Notes: generated from the letters alone by a model not told the origin. A DNA stretch of 64,000 nucleotides from an uncultured Candidatus Binatia bacterium (GCA_965218425.1 OZ244621.1:2464001-2528000), one strand, 5' to 3'; counted from the stretch's first letter, positions 18,693 through 31,020 are shown. Numbers and translations are program-made.

Positions 18693-20130
18693 AAGAGTCT
18701 TTTACGCTGATGTGGAGATTGGTAATTTTCTTGCGTAACGTATTTCGGTTGATACCAAGTAACTGGGCCGCGCGGATCTGGTTGCCTCGCGTGGCTTTTA
18801 GGGTCAGCTCGATTAAGGGCCGCTCCACCCGTTCGATTACCAGGGAGTAAAGGTTTTCTACGTCCACCCCCCGGGTCCGATTAAAATAGTCGTCCAGCTT
18901 GCGCTGAATAACTTCCTCCAGGGAGAGGTCCTCATAGTCCGGGAGAGAAGTTTCCGATCCGGTGGACAGGTTGAAGTCTTTGGGAAACAGGATGGTCCCA
19001 GGAGATAGAACCGCGGCGCGAATCATCACGTTCTCCAACTCCCTGACGTTTCCTGGCCACGGGTAGGCTTCCAGTAATTTCAAGGCATCCGGGGAGACGC
19101 CGGAAATCCGAGTTCCCATATCTCGGTTGTGATTTTCAATGAAGAAGGCCACTAGAAGGACAATGTCCCCCTTGCGTTCCCGCAGGGGAGGGAGATGGAT
19201 GGGGATGACTTTCAATCGGAAGTAGAGATCTTCCCGGAACCTCTTCTCCCGAACCGCTTTCTCAAGGTCCTGGTTTGTGGAGGCAAGGATGCGCACATCC
19301 GTTTTCAGGATCTCCCGCCCGCCCACTCGACTGAACTCCTCTTCTTGGAGGGCTCTTAGGAGTTTGGTCTGGAGGTTCATGGGTAGATCCCCGATCTCAT
19401 CAAGGAAAAGGGTTCCCCCTTCCGCCTGCTCAAATTTCCCGACCCTGCGTTCCAAGGCGCCCGTGAAGGAACCCTTTTCATGGCCGAAAAACTCGCTCTC
19501 CAGTAGCTCTTTGGGAATGGCGGCACAGTTCACGGCAATGAACGGTTTGTTCCAGCGGGGAGAGTTATAGTGAATGGTTTTTGCCACCAGTTCTTTTCCG
19601 GTGCCGCTCTCGCCCAGAATCAGAATGGTGGCGTGGGTGGAAACCACCTGTCCGATGGTCTTGAAGACCTTCTGTAACGCGGGGCTCTCGCCAACCATGT
19701 TGCCCCCAGGTTCGTATTTCTTTTTGACTTCTTCCTTGAGCTCGTGAAAATCCCGGCTCAATTTCCGATTTTCCAACGCCCGCTGAACCACCACCAGCAT
19801 TTCATCAAGGTCGAAGGGTTTGGTGATGTAATCAAAGGCTCCCCCCTTCATGGCCTCGATGGCGTTTTTCATGGTGTTTTGAGCGGTCATCACGATAAAC
19901 GAGGTGTCGAGTCCCTCTTCTTTGGCTTCCTTGAGGAGCGTAATCCCATCGATATCCGGCAGTTTGATATCTACCAGGGAGACGTCGAAGGGATTGTCGT
20001 GCAGATGAACCTTGGCCACTTGACCGCTTTCGACGGTCTGGACCCAAAAGCCCTCTCTTTCGAGTGCCTTTTTCAGCACAAGGCGAAGGGACTCTTCATC
20101 ATCCACAACGAGGATTTTTCCTTGGTCCAT
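18682..20130 (-). CDS. ntrC: Sigma-54-dependent response regulator, NtrC-like
   Basis: Receiver + AAA+ ([20 protein letters not shown]) + Fis HTH ([20 protein letters not shown]). Confidence 0.85.
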   Translation of the reverse strand: MDQGKILVVDDEESLRLVLKKALEREGFWVQTVESGQVAKVHLHDNPFDVSLVDIKLPDIDGITLLKEAKEEGLDTSFIVMTAQNTMKNAIEAMKGGAFDYITKPFDLDEMLVVVQRALENRKLSRDFHELKEEVKKKYEPGGNMVGESPALQKVFKTIGQVVSTHATILILGESGTGKELVAKTIHYNSPRWNKPFIAVNCAAIPKELLESEFFGHEKGSFTGALERRVGKFEQAEGGTLFLDEIGDLPMNLQTKLLRALQEEEFSRVGGREILKTDVRILASTNQDLEKAVREKRFREDLYFRLKVIPIHLPPLRERKGDIVLLVAFFIENHNRDMGTRISGVSPDALKLLEAYPWPGNVRELENVMIRAAVLSPGTILFPKDFNLSTGSETSLPDYEDLSLEEVIQRKLDDYFNRTRGVDVENLYSLVIERVERPLIELTLKATRGNQIRAAQLLGINRNTLRKKITNLHISVKDSYEE

Positions 20131-20419
20131 AACCTGTTCAATCAACCCCGATTCGACCCTAATCGATTGAAAAAATCATTCACGCGCGCACCAACCCTGC
20201 GCAAGAGCGGTTTGGTCCATTTAGTGCGAAACTACCCGGCGGTGAAGTTCCAGATCAGCCTTCCATACGGGGGAAGTTTTGCAAAGCGCACTCCACGATC
20301 GCGCATTTCTTTTTTCTTATTGGAATAGGGAGCAACCTCCACACAAAATTGGACTCCCATGTCAAGGTCATCCCTCTTGATCTCTAGTAAATCCAACGGG
20401 GCGGCTGCAAGAGCCGTCC

Positions 20420-21535
20420 CTAGGCAGTTTTATGGGCCACCACCAATGAGACCCTAAAAGCGGCTCCTTTTCCCTCGGAAGTATCCACCCCAATGAAACC
20501 ACCATGTTCCTTGATGATCCGATGACAAATGGCCAGTCCGAGGCCGGTACCATTGCTCTTTGTGGTAAAGAATGGAGAAAAAATGTGTGAAAGGTGCTCC
20601 TCTTCAATTCCCAGACCATTGTCTTCGATGTTGACGCGGATGAGCTTCCCTCCCAGGTTGCCTACTTCCCGAATGTGGTAGTCGGTTTCCATTCGAGTGG
20701 TTACGGTTAGTTGCCCTCCTGTCTTCATGGCCTGAAGGGCATTTTTAACCAGATTTAAAAAAACCTGGATGAGTCGGTCTCGGTCGCCAATGACGGGGGG
20801 TAGACTAGGGTCGAAGTTTTTGTTGACACTGACCTTGGAGCTGGAGATGGTCTGATTTTCCAGAAACAGGACATGGCCTAGGATCTCATGAATATTCAAC
20901 GGAATGAGATGGAGTTTAGGAGGCCGGGACAGGTCCAAAAGTTGTTCCATCAACTGATCGATACGATTAACTTCGCGAACGATAATGTCGCTGTATTCCA
21001 CCAGAGAGGATTCCTGCGCCACTTCCTTCTTGAGCAGCTGGGAGGCTCCTTTGATTCCGCCTAAAGGATTCTTGATCTCATGGGCCAGCCCCGCAGCCAG
21101 GGTTCCTAACAGGGCCATTCGATCAGACCGCTTTAACTGTTCCTCCATCTGTCTCTGATAGCTCAGGTCACGCAGCAGCAAAACGGCTCCCTCCTGTTTC
21201 CCAGACTGATCCTGTAGGGGTGAGACCATCAAGCTTACTGGGCGCTGACTCCATCGTTGGGTGACGAAGTCACCTTCCCCTCGGGTACTGCTGTGCTGTG
21301 GAAACTGGCCTTTCTCTACCATTTCAATGAGCCATGGGTTGCGTTTGAATACCAGGCTATAGGGTTGCCCTTGGATTTGGAGGGCGGAGGTCCCCGTAAG
21401 GATCTCGGCCGCTTGGTTTAAAAAGGAGACCTTCCCCTGTTGATCGATAATCACCACGGCCTCTTCGAGGCTCGTCAGGATGTTTTTCCAGGATAAGGGC
21501 GAAACGCGCTTGTCCTGTTTCGTCTGCCCGCCCAT
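20420..21535 (-). CDS. ntrB: PAS sensor histidine kinase, NtrB-like
   Basis: PAS; LAHEIKNPLGGI, FDPSLP, QVFLNLVKNA, DNGLGI, GTGLGL; start chosen by RBS GAGGA. Confidence 0.85.
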   Translation of the reverse strand: MGGQTKQDKRVSPLSWKNILTSLEEAVVIIDQQGKVSFLNQAAEILTGTSALQIQGQPYSLVFKRNPWLIEMVEKGQFPQHSSTRGEGDFVTQRWSQRPVSLMVSPLQDQSGKQEGAVLLLRDLSYQRQMEEQLKRSDRMALLGTLAAGLAHEIKNPLGGIKGASQLLKKEVAQESSLVEYSDIIVREVNRIDQLMEQLLDLSRPPKLHLIPLNIHEILGHVLFLENQTISSSKVSVNKNFDPSLPPVIGDRDRLIQVFLNLVKNALQAMKTGGQLTVTTRMETDYHIREVGNLGGKLIRVNIEDNGLGIEEEHLSHIFSPFFTTKSNGTGLGLAICHRIIKEHGGFIGVDTSEGKGAAFRVSLVVAHKTA

Positions 21536-21651
21536 TGTTTCTGTCCTCATTGGCAAAATCGAATGATAGCAAATAATGCCCAGCGGGCAAACGTCTTGCA
21601 TTCACACTGCCCCCATGCTACTAAATATTCGAAGCTTTGGTGGTCACTCCC

Positions 21652-21680
21652 AAAGTGGGCCTATGCCCGCTTTTTTTGTT
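21652..21680 (+). promoter_or_regulatory. rimP leader hairpin (terminator-like)
   Basis: AAAGTGGGC-CTAT-GCCCGCTTT followed by T-tract just upstream of rimP, as commonly seen in rimP-nusA-infB leaders. Confidence 0.7.
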
Positions 21681-21696
21681 TTTGGGGGTATCTATC

Positions 21697-22191
21697 ATGG
21701 ATGGCGATTCCACAGTATCGCGGGTCTGGGAGATTGCATCGCCGCTGGCGGCGGATGAAGGGTTAGAAATCTTTGACATAGAGTTTCGCCGTGAGGGGAG
21801 GGGAGGTTGGGTATTAAGGTTATACCTGGATAAGGAGGGTGGACCCAATCTCGACGACTTAACCCGCGTGAGCCGCCAATTGGGCGATCTTCTAAATGTC
21901 CACGATGTCATTCAGAGGTCTTATACCTTGGAGGTTTCTTCTCCAGGTGTCAACCGCGCGCTCAAGAGGCCCGAGCATTTTACCCGTTTTGTGGGGAAGC
22001 GAATTCGAGTTCGCACCCGGGAGAGGATCGAAGGGCGGAGATCGTTTTTGGGTCTTCTCAAAGAGAGCACCCAGGACGGCATTGTGGTTTCCGGCGAAAA
22101 TGTGGAGCTTTACATACCCTACGGGATGATTGAGAGAGCCAACTACGAGCACGATTGGGACGGAGAGAGTAAGAACAGGGAGCACCGGTAA
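21697..22191 (+). CDS. rimP: Ribosome maturation factor RimP
   Basis: LRLYLDKEGG, YTLEVSSPGVNR; first gene before nusA. Confidence 0.95.
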   Translation: MDGDSTVSRVWEIASPLAADEGLEIFDIEFRREGRGGWVLRLYLDKEGGPNLDDLTRVSRQLGDLLNVHDVIQRSYTLEVSSPGVNRALKRPEHFTRFVGKRIRVRTRERIEGRRSFLGLLKESTQDGIVVSGENVELYIPYGMIERANYEHDWDGESKNREHR

Positions 22192-22254
22192 GTTTCTTCT
22201 TTTAGGGAATCCATTGGCGGTTGTTGTTGCTAACAACTGAATTCGGGAGCGGAG

Positions 22255-23673
22255 ATGCAGCAGGATTTAAATCGAGTCATTGAACAGATTAGTAAGGAAA
22301 AAGGCATTGATAAGTCTATCCTTATCGGTGCCCTGGAAAACGCCATGATCTCAGCCGCTAAGAAAACATTTGGCCAAGAGCGGAAGATTGAGGCACAGTT
22401 TAACCCTGAGCTCGGTGAGGTTGAGCTTTTTGAAGCTAAGCGGATTGTAGGGGAGGTCAGCGACCCGGATGCCGAGATCACGCTTCAAGAAGCACGTGAC
22501 ACCCTTGATCCGGAAGCGGAGTTGGGCGATGAACTCTTGACCAAGTTGGACGCCACCTCCTTCGGTCGAATCGCGGCCCAGGCGGCTAAGCAAAACATTG
22601 TTCAACGAGTGCGGGACGCCGAGCGCGAAATTATCTATAACGAATTCAAGCAGCGTGAGGGAGAGTTGATCCACGGGATCGTCCAGCGTTTCGAAAAGAA
22701 GAGCATCATTGTAAACATGGGAAAGACCAACGCCATTCTCCCTGAAAAGGAGCAGGTTCCTCGGGAACGCTACCGGCAGAACGATCGAATTCGTGTTTAT
22801 ATTGCAAGTGTGGAGATGACCGCCAGAGGTCCGCAAATCATTGTATCGCGAACCCACCCTGGGATGTTGCAGAAACTCTTTGTGCAGGAAGTTCCGGAGA
22901 TCTATGAAGGCATCGTTGAAATAAAAGGAGTCGCCAGGGAGCCGGGAGGCCGGGCAAAAATCGCTGTGGCCTCCAGGGATCCCGATGTGGATCCGGTGGG
23001 GGCCTGTGTGGGGATGAGGGGGATGCGGGTTCAGGCGGTGGTTCAGGAACTTCGCGGAGAAAAGATTGACATTGTCCATTGGATCGCTGACCAGGCGGAG
23101 TATGCCTGTCGCGCGTTGGCCCCGGCCAAGGTGGCAAAGATCATCATGTCGGAGGACGAGCACAGTATGGAGGTTATCGTCCCCGACGAGCAGCTGTCCT
23201 TGGCCATTGGAAGAAAAGGTCAGAATGTGCGTTTGGCTTCGCGTTTGACGGGATGGAGAATCGACGTCCGCAGTGAGGCTGAGGCGGAAGAAGAAAATCG
23301 CCGAGCCCGAATCTCCCTGGGCGCGGTTGCTGGGGTGAATGATATGGTTGCGGAGCTTCTCTATCAGGCGGGGTATAAGTCTGCCGAGGAACTGGCTGAG
23401 GCGGAGCTTACGGAAATTCAGGAAGTGGACGGTATAACGGCGGAAAAGGCGGAGGCGATTCATCAAGCAAGCAAGACCCATGTGGAAGAATTGAAACAAT
23501 TGGAAGAACAGAGGCTATTGGAGGAGCAGAGACGGGCTGAGGAACAATCGGAAGAAGGTTCGTTGGAAGAACAGGTGACCGCTGCGGAACAGAGCAATAC
23601 CGGGGAAGGGGTGACGGAAGAGGCGGCCGAAGGTGTAGAAAAAGAAGGACGAGAAGAACCGAAGGCAGAATAG
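22255..23673 (+). CDS. nusA: Transcription factor NusA with acidic C-terminal tail
   Basis: FGRIAAQAAKQ, REPGGRAK, DPVGACVG, SLAIGRKGQNVRLA. Confidence 0.97.
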   Translation: MQQDLNRVIEQISKEKGIDKSILIGALENAMISAAKKTFGQERKIEAQFNPELGEVELFEAKRIVGEVSDPDAEITLQEARDTLDPEAELGDELLTKLDATSFGRIAAQAAKQNIVQRVRDAEREIIYNEFKQREGELIHGIVQRFEKKSIIVNMGKTNAILPEKEQVPRERYRQNDRIRVYIASVEMTARGPQIIVSRTHPGMLQKLFVQEVPEIYEGIVEIKGVAREPGGRAKIAVASRDPDVDPVGACVGMRGMRVQAVVQELRGEKIDIVHWIADQAEYACRALAPAKVAKIIMSEDEHSMEVIVPDEQLSLAIGRKGQNVRLASRLTGWRIDVRSEAEAEEENRRARISLGAVAGVNDMVAELLYQAGYKSAEELAEAELTEIQEVDGITAEKAEAIHQASKTHVEELKQLEEQRLLEEQRRAEEQSEEGSLEEQVTAAEQSNTGEGVTEEAAEGVEKEGREEPKAE

Positions 23674-23683
23674 GCGGGTACGC

Positions 23684-23965
23684 TTGAAGCGAGATCATCG
23701 CCCAGAACGAACCTGCCTCGGATGTGGTGACCGGGACCAAAAAGGGAATTTACTGCGTTTGGTGGTCACCAGCGGCGGAGAGTTAAGAGTCGACCGGACG
23801 GGAAGCGGGCGAGGAGGTTATCTTCACCACAAGGAGGCTTGTTGGGAAGCCTTCTTGGGTAAAAAGAAACTCTACCGTGCGTTTCACTTAGAGATTGGAC
23901 GCGAAGCCAGAGGAAAACTGATTCAAGGTTTACGTAATCGGCGTTGGGAGAATGGAGATGAGTAA
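23684..23965 (+). CDS. ylxR: YlxR/RnpM family RNA-binding protein (DUF448)
   Basis: [19 protein letters not shown]; between nusA and infB. Confidence 0.88.
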   Translation: MKRDHRPERTCLGCGDRDQKGNLLRLVVTSGGELRVDRTGSGRGGYLHHKEACWEAFLGKKKLYRAFHLEIGREARGKLIQGLRNRRWENGDE

Positions 23966-26663
23966 GGTAAGGGTTCATCAACTGGCCAAAGAGTTGGGGA
24001 TCGAGCCAAAAGACTTCATCGCGCGTTTGGACAAGCTGGGGGTGCGTGGAAAAAGAGCGCAGAGTTCCCTTGAGGTAGAAGAAGTTGAAAGTATCCGATC
24101 TGCGTTCTCCGTGGACCTGAAGCCTCAGGTCCAGGTAGGGGAAGAAAAGGTAACGGCGGATCGGGTGGTGAAGGGTCAGGATGAGGTCTTAGGGGAAGTC
24201 CAGGCTCGAGAACAGGTGGTGGAGCGCAGGGTTCGTGCCAACGTGATCCGGCGACGTACAAGTCGAACGGAGGTCGTTCAGCAACCCCTGCCCCCAATGG
24301 AGGAACCCCCACGGAGCCCCATGGAAGACATTCCCCCCGACCTTCCTCCTCTCGTGGAGCCTGAGCCTACTGTTGCGGTTGAGCAAGAGTTGCCAACGGA
24401 ACCGACCATGCCTGCGGAGCCCGCACCTCCCGCTCAGGCTACTCAGGAGGCTGAGCCGGAGGCGGTGGTGGAGGCAAAGGGCGCCCCAGTTGCAGAGGAG
24501 CCCACAAAGGGGCCCAGGGTCCTGGGACGAATCGATTTAAAGAAAGTCGGCCAGGCGGAGTCCAAAGAGGTTGCTCGACGCCGGCCCGCTGGAGAACCTG
24601 ATCCCACCCCCGTTGCGGTGGAACCCCAAAAAGAGCAGAGAGAGGTTCGAAAGCCAGTGGCACCTACGGAGGGGGCGACTGAGGAAGCGGGGGGGCAACC
24701 CAAAAGCACAAAAAGTAAAAGACGCGTTATCCAAAGACAGGAGGGTCTTGAGGCCAGGGGGCGGGAGTTTCGGTCAGGGTATTTGCCCAAGAAAAAGAAG
24801 GCCCTGCCTGGCAAAGACCAGAAGAAAACAGAAATTACGGTCCCCAAGGCCGGTAAGCGAGTAGTCAAAATATCCGAGGCCATTAGCGTCGGTGAGCTTT
24901 CAAGGAACATGGGGGTGAAGGCAGGGGATGTGATTAAGAAGCTAATGGACCTGGGTATGATGGCCACCATCAATCAAGTGATCGACTCGGAGACAGCGAG
25001 TCTGGTGGCGTCCGATTTTGACTATCAAGTGGAGAACGTAGCCCTAGACGTGGAGTCGGTGATGGAGATGGAGCACGAGGTGAAGGAGCCGGAGATTGCG
25101 CTGCGGACCAGACCACCCGTTGTCACCATGATGGGACATGTGGATCATGGGAAAACCTCCCTGCTCGATGCCATACGGAGCGCTGACGTTACGGGTCAAG
25201 AGGCTGGGGGCATTACCCAGCATATTGGAGCCTATCGCACGGATGTGGACGGTAGAAGCGTGACGTTTTTGGATACGCCAGGTCATGAAGCGTTCACCGC
25301 CATGCGTGCCAGGGGAGCCAAGGTTACTGACATCGTTGTGTTGGTTGTGGCAGCCGACGATGGCGTGATGCCTCAGACTGTGGAGGCAATAAACCATGCC
25401 CGGGCCGCCGGGAACCCCATGGTGGTGGCGATCAATAAAGTCGACAAGCCCGATGCCAACGTGGACCGGGTCAAAAGGGGACTGTCTGAACACGGGTTAG
25501 TTGCCGAGGAGTGGGGGGGGGATACGATCATGGTTTCGGTCTCAGCCCAGACAAAACAAGGTATTCCTGACCTGTTGGCGATGCTGTTGCTTCAGGCGGA
25601 CGTTCTGGAGCTCAAGGCAAATCCGGATAAGTTGGCTCGCGGGGTCGTTGTGGAAGCCAGATTAGACAGGGGAAAGGGGCCCGTTGCCACGATTCTTGTG
25701 CAGGAGGGGACCCTAAGGGTGGGAGATTCCGTGGTATGCGGAACTTTCTATGGGAAAGTTCGAGCCATGATCGACGACCGCGGACGAAAGACAGACGAGG
25801 CACCGCCATCCTTTCCCGTTGAGATCCTGGGATTGCAAGGGGTTCCACGGGCAGGCGAAACCCTCTCCGCGCTTTCGGACGAGAACAAGGCAAGACAGAT
25901 CGCTGAGCACCAGCACGACCGGCAGCGAGAATCGGATTTGGCTAAATCCAGTAAGGTCTCCCTCGAAGAATTTTATGAGCGAATCAAAGCTGGGGATGTC
26001 AAAGAGCTGCAGGTGGTACTGAAGGCGGACGTCCACGGCTCAGCGGAGGCCTTGAACGAATCCTTGAGCCGGCTTGGTACAGACGAAGTGAAGCCCAGAG
26101 TGATCCATAGCTCTGTGGGCGGAATTACGGAGAGTGACATCTTGTTGGCCTCTGCATCGAATGCCATTGTTATAGGTTTTAATGTGCGTCCAGAGTCCAA
26201 GGCAAGTAACCTGGCGAGTCAAGAAGGGGTGGATGTTCGGCTCTACACGGTAATCTATGAGGTTCTTGCTGACATCAAAGCAGCCTTGGAAGGAATGTTG
26301 GAACCTACCTACAGGGAAGTGCTGCAGGGGCGCGCACAGGTCCGAGACATTTTCCACGCCCGCGGAGTAGGTACGGTTGCGGGGTGCTATGTCAGTGAAG
26401 GCAAAATTCAACGCGGCAGCCTGGTCCGGTTGCTAAGGGATCAGGTGGTTGTCCACCAAGGGGAATTGGCCAGCCTCAGGCGCTTTAAGGATGATGTGCG
26501 GGAGGTGTCCATGGGCTACGAATGTGGTATGGCTATCCAGGGATACCAGGATGTGAAGGTGGGGGATTTGATTGAGGCCTATGAACGCACGGCGGTAGCG
26601 AGACACATCAGTTCCGGCTCAGGACGAGAGGCCTCCCAAAGTTCAGCCGCTACGGGTCGCTAA
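23952..26663 (+). CDS. infB: Translation initiation factor IF-2
   Basis: [34 protein letters not shown]; start may be 23958. Confidence 0.97.
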   Translation: MEMSKVRVHQLAKELGIEPKDFIARLDKLGVRGKRAQSSLEVEEVESIRSAFSVDLKPQVQVGEEKVTADRVVKGQDEVLGEVQAREQVVERRVRANVIRRRTSRTEVVQQPLPPMEEPPRSPMEDIPPDLPPLVEPEPTVAVEQELPTEPTMPAEPAPPAQATQEAEPEAVVEAKGAPVAEEPTKGPRVLGRIDLKKVGQAESKEVARRRPAGEPDPTPVAVEPQKEQREVRKPVAPTEGATEEAGGQPKSTKSKRRVIQRQEGLEARGREFRSGYLPKKKKALPGKDQKKTEITVPKAGKRVVKISEAISVGELSRNMGVKAGDVIKKLMDLGMMATINQVIDSETASLVASDFDYQVENVALDVESVMEMEHEVKEPEIALRTRPPVVTMMGHVDHGKTSLLDAIRSADVTGQEAGGITQHIGAYRTDVDGRSVTFLDTPGHEAFTAMRARGAKVTDIVVLVVAADDGVMPQTVEAINHARAAGNPMVVAINKVDKPDANVDRVKRGLSEHGLVAEEWGGDTIMVSVSAQTKQGIPDLLAMLLLQADVLELKANPDKLARGVVVEARLDRGKGPVATILVQEGTLRVGDSVVCGTFYGKVRAMIDDRGRKTDEAPPSFPVEILGLQGVPRAGETLSALSDENKARQIAEHQHDRQRESDLAKSSKVSLEEFYERIKAGDVKELQVVLKADVHGSAEALNESLSRLGTDEVKPRVIHSSVGGITESDILLASASNAIVIGFNVRPESKASNLASQEGVDVRLYTVIYEVLADIKAALEGMLEPTYREVLQGRAQVRDIFHARGVGTVAGCYVSEGKIQRGSLVRLLRDQVVVHQGELASLRRFKDDVREVSMGYECGMAIQGYQDVKVGDLIEAYERTAVARHISSGSGREASQSSAATGR

Positions 26664-26694
26664 CCCAGGGTTGCCCAGTCCGGCCTGTATTCTC

Positions 26695-26982
26695 ATGGTC
26701 GTGGGAGTTCTGAAGCTGGTCGTGATCCTTCCAGAGAACCATTCCCTGAAGGGGAAAAGGGGAGTTCTCAAAAGGGTCCAGGCGCGAGTTGCACATCAGT
26801 TTAATATTTCCGTAACAGAGTGTGGTGATCAAGATCTATGGCAGAGTGCGGTCTTAGGTTTCGCAGTGGTGGGGAGCAGTCAACCGATTGTGGATGCCAC
26901 CTTGCAGAAGGTCATTGATTTTGTGGACCGCCTCAAGCTTGCCCAGTTGGGGGCAACACAGGTGGAGTTTTTCCACTGCTAA
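26695..26982 (+). CDS. DUF503 (YlxP-like) protein
   Basis: HSLKGKR.V, FNISV.E, QDLWQ; position between infB and rbfA. Confidence 0.88.
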   Translation: MVVGVLKLVVILPENHSLKGKRGVLKRVQARVAHQFNISVTECGDQDLWQSAVLGFAVVGSSQPIVDATLQKVIDFVDRLKLAQLGATQVEFFHC

Positions 26983-27019
26983 ATTACCGCTTAGCTTTCC
27001 CAAAACAGCTTCAACAACC

Positions 27020-27367
27020 ATGCAATCGAAACGCTCGGAACGGGTTGGGGACCTGATCCTAGAGTTTGTTTCCCAGGTGCTCAGCCGCGAGATCAACGAT
27101 CCGAGGGTCGGTGTAGTGACCCTCACGGGGGTCGAGGTGAGCAACGACCTCAAACATGCGCGTGTTTTTTTTAGTGTTCTTGTGAATCAGCAAGGAAAGG
27201 ACGAGGTCCTTTCCGGATTGAGGAGTGCCTCAGGTTTTATTCGTTCCAAGATTGCCCGAGAGCTGAAATTGCGCTATGTACCCACCCTTGAGTTCATTTA
27301 CGATGACACTCAGGCAAACGCCCAACGCATCGAAGAACTCTTACGGAAGGTTAAGGATGTCGAATAG
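27020..27367 (+). CDS. rbfA: Ribosome-binding factor A
   Basis: RSERV, DPRVG.VT, DLKHARVF, LRYVPTLEFIYD. Confidence 0.95.
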   Translation: MQSKRSERVGDLILEFVSQVLSREINDPRVGVVTLTGVEVSNDLKHARVFFSVLVNQQGKDEVLSGLRSASGFIRSKIARELKLRYVPTLEFIYDDTQANAQRIEELLRKVKDVE

Positions 27368-27493
27368 ACGCGACCTACTGCCCTTGACTGAATCAGGATC
27401 GCGGAGGAGGGTTTGTCACTTTGACCTGCACGACGCGATTGCACGCTAAATGAACGGTAGCTACCACGGAATTGCCCGCTCACCCATTGCGTA

Positions 27494-28405
27494 ATGGAAA
27501 GCGGTCTTCTCCTCATTGATAAACCGGAAGGTCCCACCTCCGCCGAAGTGGTTCAACGGCTCAAGACCTTTTTGGGTGCTAAAAAAGTTGGACATCTGGG
27601 CAGCCTGGACCCGTTTGCCTCCGGCCTACTTCTGGTGGGAGTCAACGAAGGAACCAAGGTGGCAGAGATTTTTCTTAATGAGCGAAAAAGTTACACGGGT
27701 ACCATCACTTTAGGAACCCAAACGGATACGCAAGACCGCACAGGGCAGGTGTTGGAGATTCGAGCAGTGCCAGATTTCGATCAACGGCAATTGGAGCGTC
27801 TCCAGACGGCTTTTGTTGGGCCCCAAAAGCAGGTTCCTCCAATGTTTTCTGCGCTTAAAAAGAATGGGGTGCCGCTTTACCGCCTTGCCCGGCAAGGGAA
27901 AACCGTGCCTCGTGCTGCGCGTGAAATTCTCATTGAGAGCCTCCGACTATGGAAAGTGAACCGAGCCGAGTTAGGCTTTGATGTGGTCTGTTCCAAGGGT
28001 ACTTATATTCGGACCCTGGCCGCCGATATGGGAAGACACCTAGGTTGCGGCGGCCACCTAATGCGCCTTCGACGGCTCACCTGCGGCCACCTCCATGTGG
28101 ATCAGGCGTTGTCTATGGATGAGCTGAAATTCATGAAACAGACAAAGGGAGAAGTCCCCCTTGTGACCTTGGCCAGAGCTCTTGGGCACATGCGTCAGGT
28201 TCCCCTGGGGGACCGCCAGGTGTCCTGGCTCAGGGTGGGTCGGCAGGAAGTGTTGCGGGAGCTGGCTCCGCCAAAGGATGGAGAAAGGATGGTTTGCCTT
28301 TCCGACTTGAAAAGGGAACCCGTTGCTTTAGCCCAGTGGGTCCACGGGGAGAGTGGTGGAACGTGGCTATTGTTTCGTGTCCTTGCTCCCCGGGGAGACG
28401 AATAA
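27494..28405 (+). CDS. truB: tRNA pseudouridine(55) synthase
   Basis: DKPEGPTS, KVGHLGSLDP, QVPPMFSA, CSKGTYIRTL. Confidence 0.95.
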   Translation: MESGLLLIDKPEGPTSAEVVQRLKTFLGAKKVGHLGSLDPFASGLLLVGVNEGTKVAEIFLNERKSYTGTITLGTQTDTQDRTGQVLEIRAVPDFDQRQLERLQTAFVGPQKQVPPMFSALKKNGVPLYRLARQGKTVPRAAREILIESLRLWKVNRAELGFDVVCSKGTYIRTLAADMGRHLGCGGHLMRLRRLTCGHLHVDQALSMDELKFMKQTKGEVPLVTLARALGHMRQVPLGDRQVSWLRVGRQEVLRELAPPKDGERMVCLSDLKREPVALAQWVHGESGGTWLLFRVLAPRGDE

Positions 28406-28551
28406 TGCAGTCAAGACGGCCATTTCTTTAGCAGCTTAAAAAAAACGGATAACCCCGGGCCGCTGCGCTTTACATGGGCAAGAGAGTGTGCTACAAAATA
28501 CTCAACTAAAAAGAAGGAGTAAGTAAAGGGAGAGAAGGTTAACAGGGGCAC

Positions 28552-28821
28552 ATGGGGATTGTTCAGAATCATAAGAGAGACACCATTGAGCGGTTCCGGC
28601 TCCATACCGACGATACCGGATCAGCAGAGGTGCAGGTTGCCCTACTGAGTCAACGCATTGTTTACCTTACGGAGCACTTCAAGGTCCACGTTAAGGATCA
28701 TCATTCCCGTCTCGGTCTCCTCAAGCTCGTTGGTCAGAGGAGAAGGCTTCTTGAGTATCTTAAGAAAACAGATTTCGAAAGATACCAAAGTCTCATCAAT
28801 CGGTTAGGGATCAGGAAGTAA
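28552..28821 (+). CDS. rpsO: 30S ribosomal protein S15
   Basis: [23 protein letters not shown]. Confidence 0.97.
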   Translation: MGIVQNHKRDTIERFRLHTDDTGSAEVQVALLSQRIVYLTEHFKVHVKDHHSRLGLLKLVGQRRRLLEYLKKTDFERYQSLINRLGIRK

Positions 28822-28875
28822 CGATCCACCCGACTGTTTTCTTTACTCTCACCCATATCTACAAAGGTTTAGCCT

Positions 28876-31020
28876 ATGATTAAACGAGTGGAAGTAGACT
28901 ACCATGGTCGACCTCTATCCATAGAGGTGGGAAAAGTTGCCAAGCAGGCCGATGGAGCCGCACTGGTTCGCTACGGAGAAACCGTAGTATTGGTCACCGC
29001 CGTGGCCGCCAGAGAAGGCCGGGAAAATATAGATTTTTTCCCCTTGACGGTGGATTATCAGGAAAAGACGTTTGCTGCGGGGAAAATTCCGGGGGGATTT
29101 TTCAAAAGAGAAGGACGCCCCACAGAGAAGGAGATCCTCACATCCAGACTCATCGATCGGTCCATCCGGCCGTTATTTGGGGATGGTTTTAAATGTGAAA
29201 CCCAGGTGATAGCCACTGTCCTATCGGCGGACAAAGAAAATGATCCGGATGTGGTGGCCATGCTTGGAGCCTCCGTTGCATTGGAGGTCTCAGATATCCC
29301 ATTCAAGGGACCCATTGCAGGAATTCGGGTTGGCAGAATTGGGGGCAAGTGGGTCATGAACCCAACCCAGACCCAGCTCCAGGAGAGTGACGTCAATATC
29401 TTTCTAACAGGTAACCGTGACAGTCTCGTTATGGTGGAAGGCGGCGTCGCCATCCTACCTGAGGACGGTGTTCTAGATGCTCTTTTTCAAGGACATGAAG
29501 CCATGCAGACGCTCCTTGACCTTCAGGAAGAGATCAAGGGGGAAGTGGGGCGTGAAAAGCGACAGGTTCCCGAGCAGGAGAAAGATAACGTATTGGTTCA
29601 AAAGGTAAGGGACCTGGCCCAGGATAAAATACAACATGCCATCAGGATCACCGACAAGCGCCAACGCGGCAGCAGCATTGCCGAAATCAAGAGCGAGACC
29701 CTCTCACAGGCCCTTCTCGAGTTTCCAGAAAGAGGAAAAGAAATCCAGGAGACCTTGGACGATATTGAGATGGAACACCTCCGGCGGCTCATCGTGGATG
29801 ACCGCATTAGGATCGATGGTAGGGGGCTCAAGGAAGTTCGTCCGGTATCCTGTGAAGTCGGAGTGCTCCCTCGTACCCATGGATCGGCCCTCTTCACCCG
29901 TGGAGAAACCCAGGCACTTGTGGTTGCTACATTGGGGACCGGGTCCGACGAACAAAAGATTGAATCTTTGATGGGCGAAAATTACAAAAAGTTTATGCTT
30001 CATTACAATTTTCTCCCCTTTAGCACAGGAGAAGTGAAGTTCCTTCGTGGACCGGGCCGCCGGGAGATCGGGCATGGGGCATTGGCGGAAAGAGCTCTGC
30101 TCCAGGTTTTGCCTTTGGATGATAGTTTTCCCTACACGGTTCGTATTGTTTCAGAAATTTTGGAGTCCAACGGATCCACATCCATGGCTACGGTTTGTGG
30201 TGGATCCCTCGCCCTCATGGATGCGGGTGTGCCGATCAAGGCCCCAGTGGCCGGCATTGCCATGGGTTTGATCAAAGAGGACGGAGAGGTGAGGGTTCTC
30301 ACTGATATCTTGGGGGATGAGGACCATCTGGGGGACATGGACTTCAAGGTTGCCGGCACCCGTGACGGAGTCACGGCTTTACAGATGGATATCAAGATCG
30401 GTGGCGTGACCCGGGAGATTATGCAAGAAGCGCTCTATCAGGCGCAGGAGGGGAGACTGCACATCCTTTCCATTATGGAAGGCACCCTATCTGAGCCTCG
30501 TGGGGAAGTGTCCGGTCATGCCCCGCGCATTATTACCCTAAAGGTCAAACCAGAGAAGATTCGAGAAATTATCGGACCGGGAGGCAAGGTCATACGTAGC
30601 ATTGTGGAACAGACCGGGGTTAAAATTGATGTGGAAGACGATGGTACGGTGATAATTGCATCCAGTGATGAATCAGCCTCACAGAAAGCGGTGGAGATCG
30701 TTGAAAGAATTACAGCTGAGGCGGTTATTGGTAAGCTCTACAAGGGAACCGTTAGACGAGTGGTGGACTTTGGAGCTTTTGTGGAGATCATACCTGGTAC
30801 GGACGGACTGGTCCATATTTCACAGCTAGCCCATGAGCGTGTTCGTCGTGTGACGGATGTGCTCAATGAGGGCGATGAGGTAATGGTCAAAGTCATCGAC
30901 ATCGATAAACAGGGTAAAGTCAAGCTCAGTCGAAAAGATACCTTGGAGGATTCAGAACAGGCCGAATCCTCCCGTGGATCGAGGCCTCGACGTGATGATT
31001 CGAACCGAGGGGAGCGCTAA
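28876..31020 (+). CDS. pnp: Polyribonucleotide nucleotidyltransferase
   Basis: [36 protein letters not shown] and S1 domains. Confidence 0.97.
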   Translation: MIKRVEVDYHGRPLSIEVGKVAKQADGAALVRYGETVVLVTAVAAREGRENIDFFPLTVDYQEKTFAAGKIPGGFFKREGRPTEKEILTSRLIDRSIRPLFGDGFKCETQVIATVLSADKENDPDVVAMLGASVALEVSDIPFKGPIAGIRVGRIGGKWVMNPTQTQLQESDVNIFLTGNRDSLVMVEGGVAILPEDGVLDALFQGHEAMQTLLDLQEEIKGEVGREKRQVPEQEKDNVLVQKVRDLAQDKIQHAIRITDKRQRGSSIAEIKSETLSQALLEFPERGKEIQETLDDIEMEHLRRLIVDDRIRIDGRGLKEVRPVSCEVGVLPRTHGSALFTRGETQALVVATLGTGSDEQKIESLMGENYKKFMLHYNFLPFSTGEVKFLRGPGRREIGHGALAERALLQVLPLDDSFPYTVRIVSEILESNGSTSMATVCGGSLALMDAGVPIKAPVAGIAMGLIKEDGEVRVLTDILGDEDHLGDMDFKVAGTRDGVTALQMDIKIGGVTREIMQEALYQAQEGRLHILSIMEGTLSEPRGEVSGHAPRIITLKVKPEKIREIIGPGGKVIRSIVEQTGVKIDVEDDGTVIIASSDESASQKAVEIVERITAEAVIGKLYKGTVRRVVDFGAFVEIIPGTDGLVHISQLAHERVRRVTDVLNEGDEVMVKVIDIDKQGKVKLSRKDTLEDSEQAESSRGSRPRRDDSNRGER

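Noticed and set aside
21585..21600. Sigma54-like GG-N10-GC motif (GGGCAAACGTCTTGCA) facing rimP
   Set aside because: Lacks the TGGCAC core and overlaps a plausible sigma70 -35 (TTGCAT); cannot be distinguished from chance
22351..23499. 382-aa minus-strand ORF
   Set aside because: Antisense to nusA; no independent evidence
24280..24480. Pro/Glu-rich low-complexity stretch in infB
   Set aside because: Normal variable IF-2 N-terminal linker
27368..27493. Gap between rbfA and truB where a DHH phosphoesterase gene often lies
   Set aside because: No detectable remnant or structure; ordinary gene-order variation
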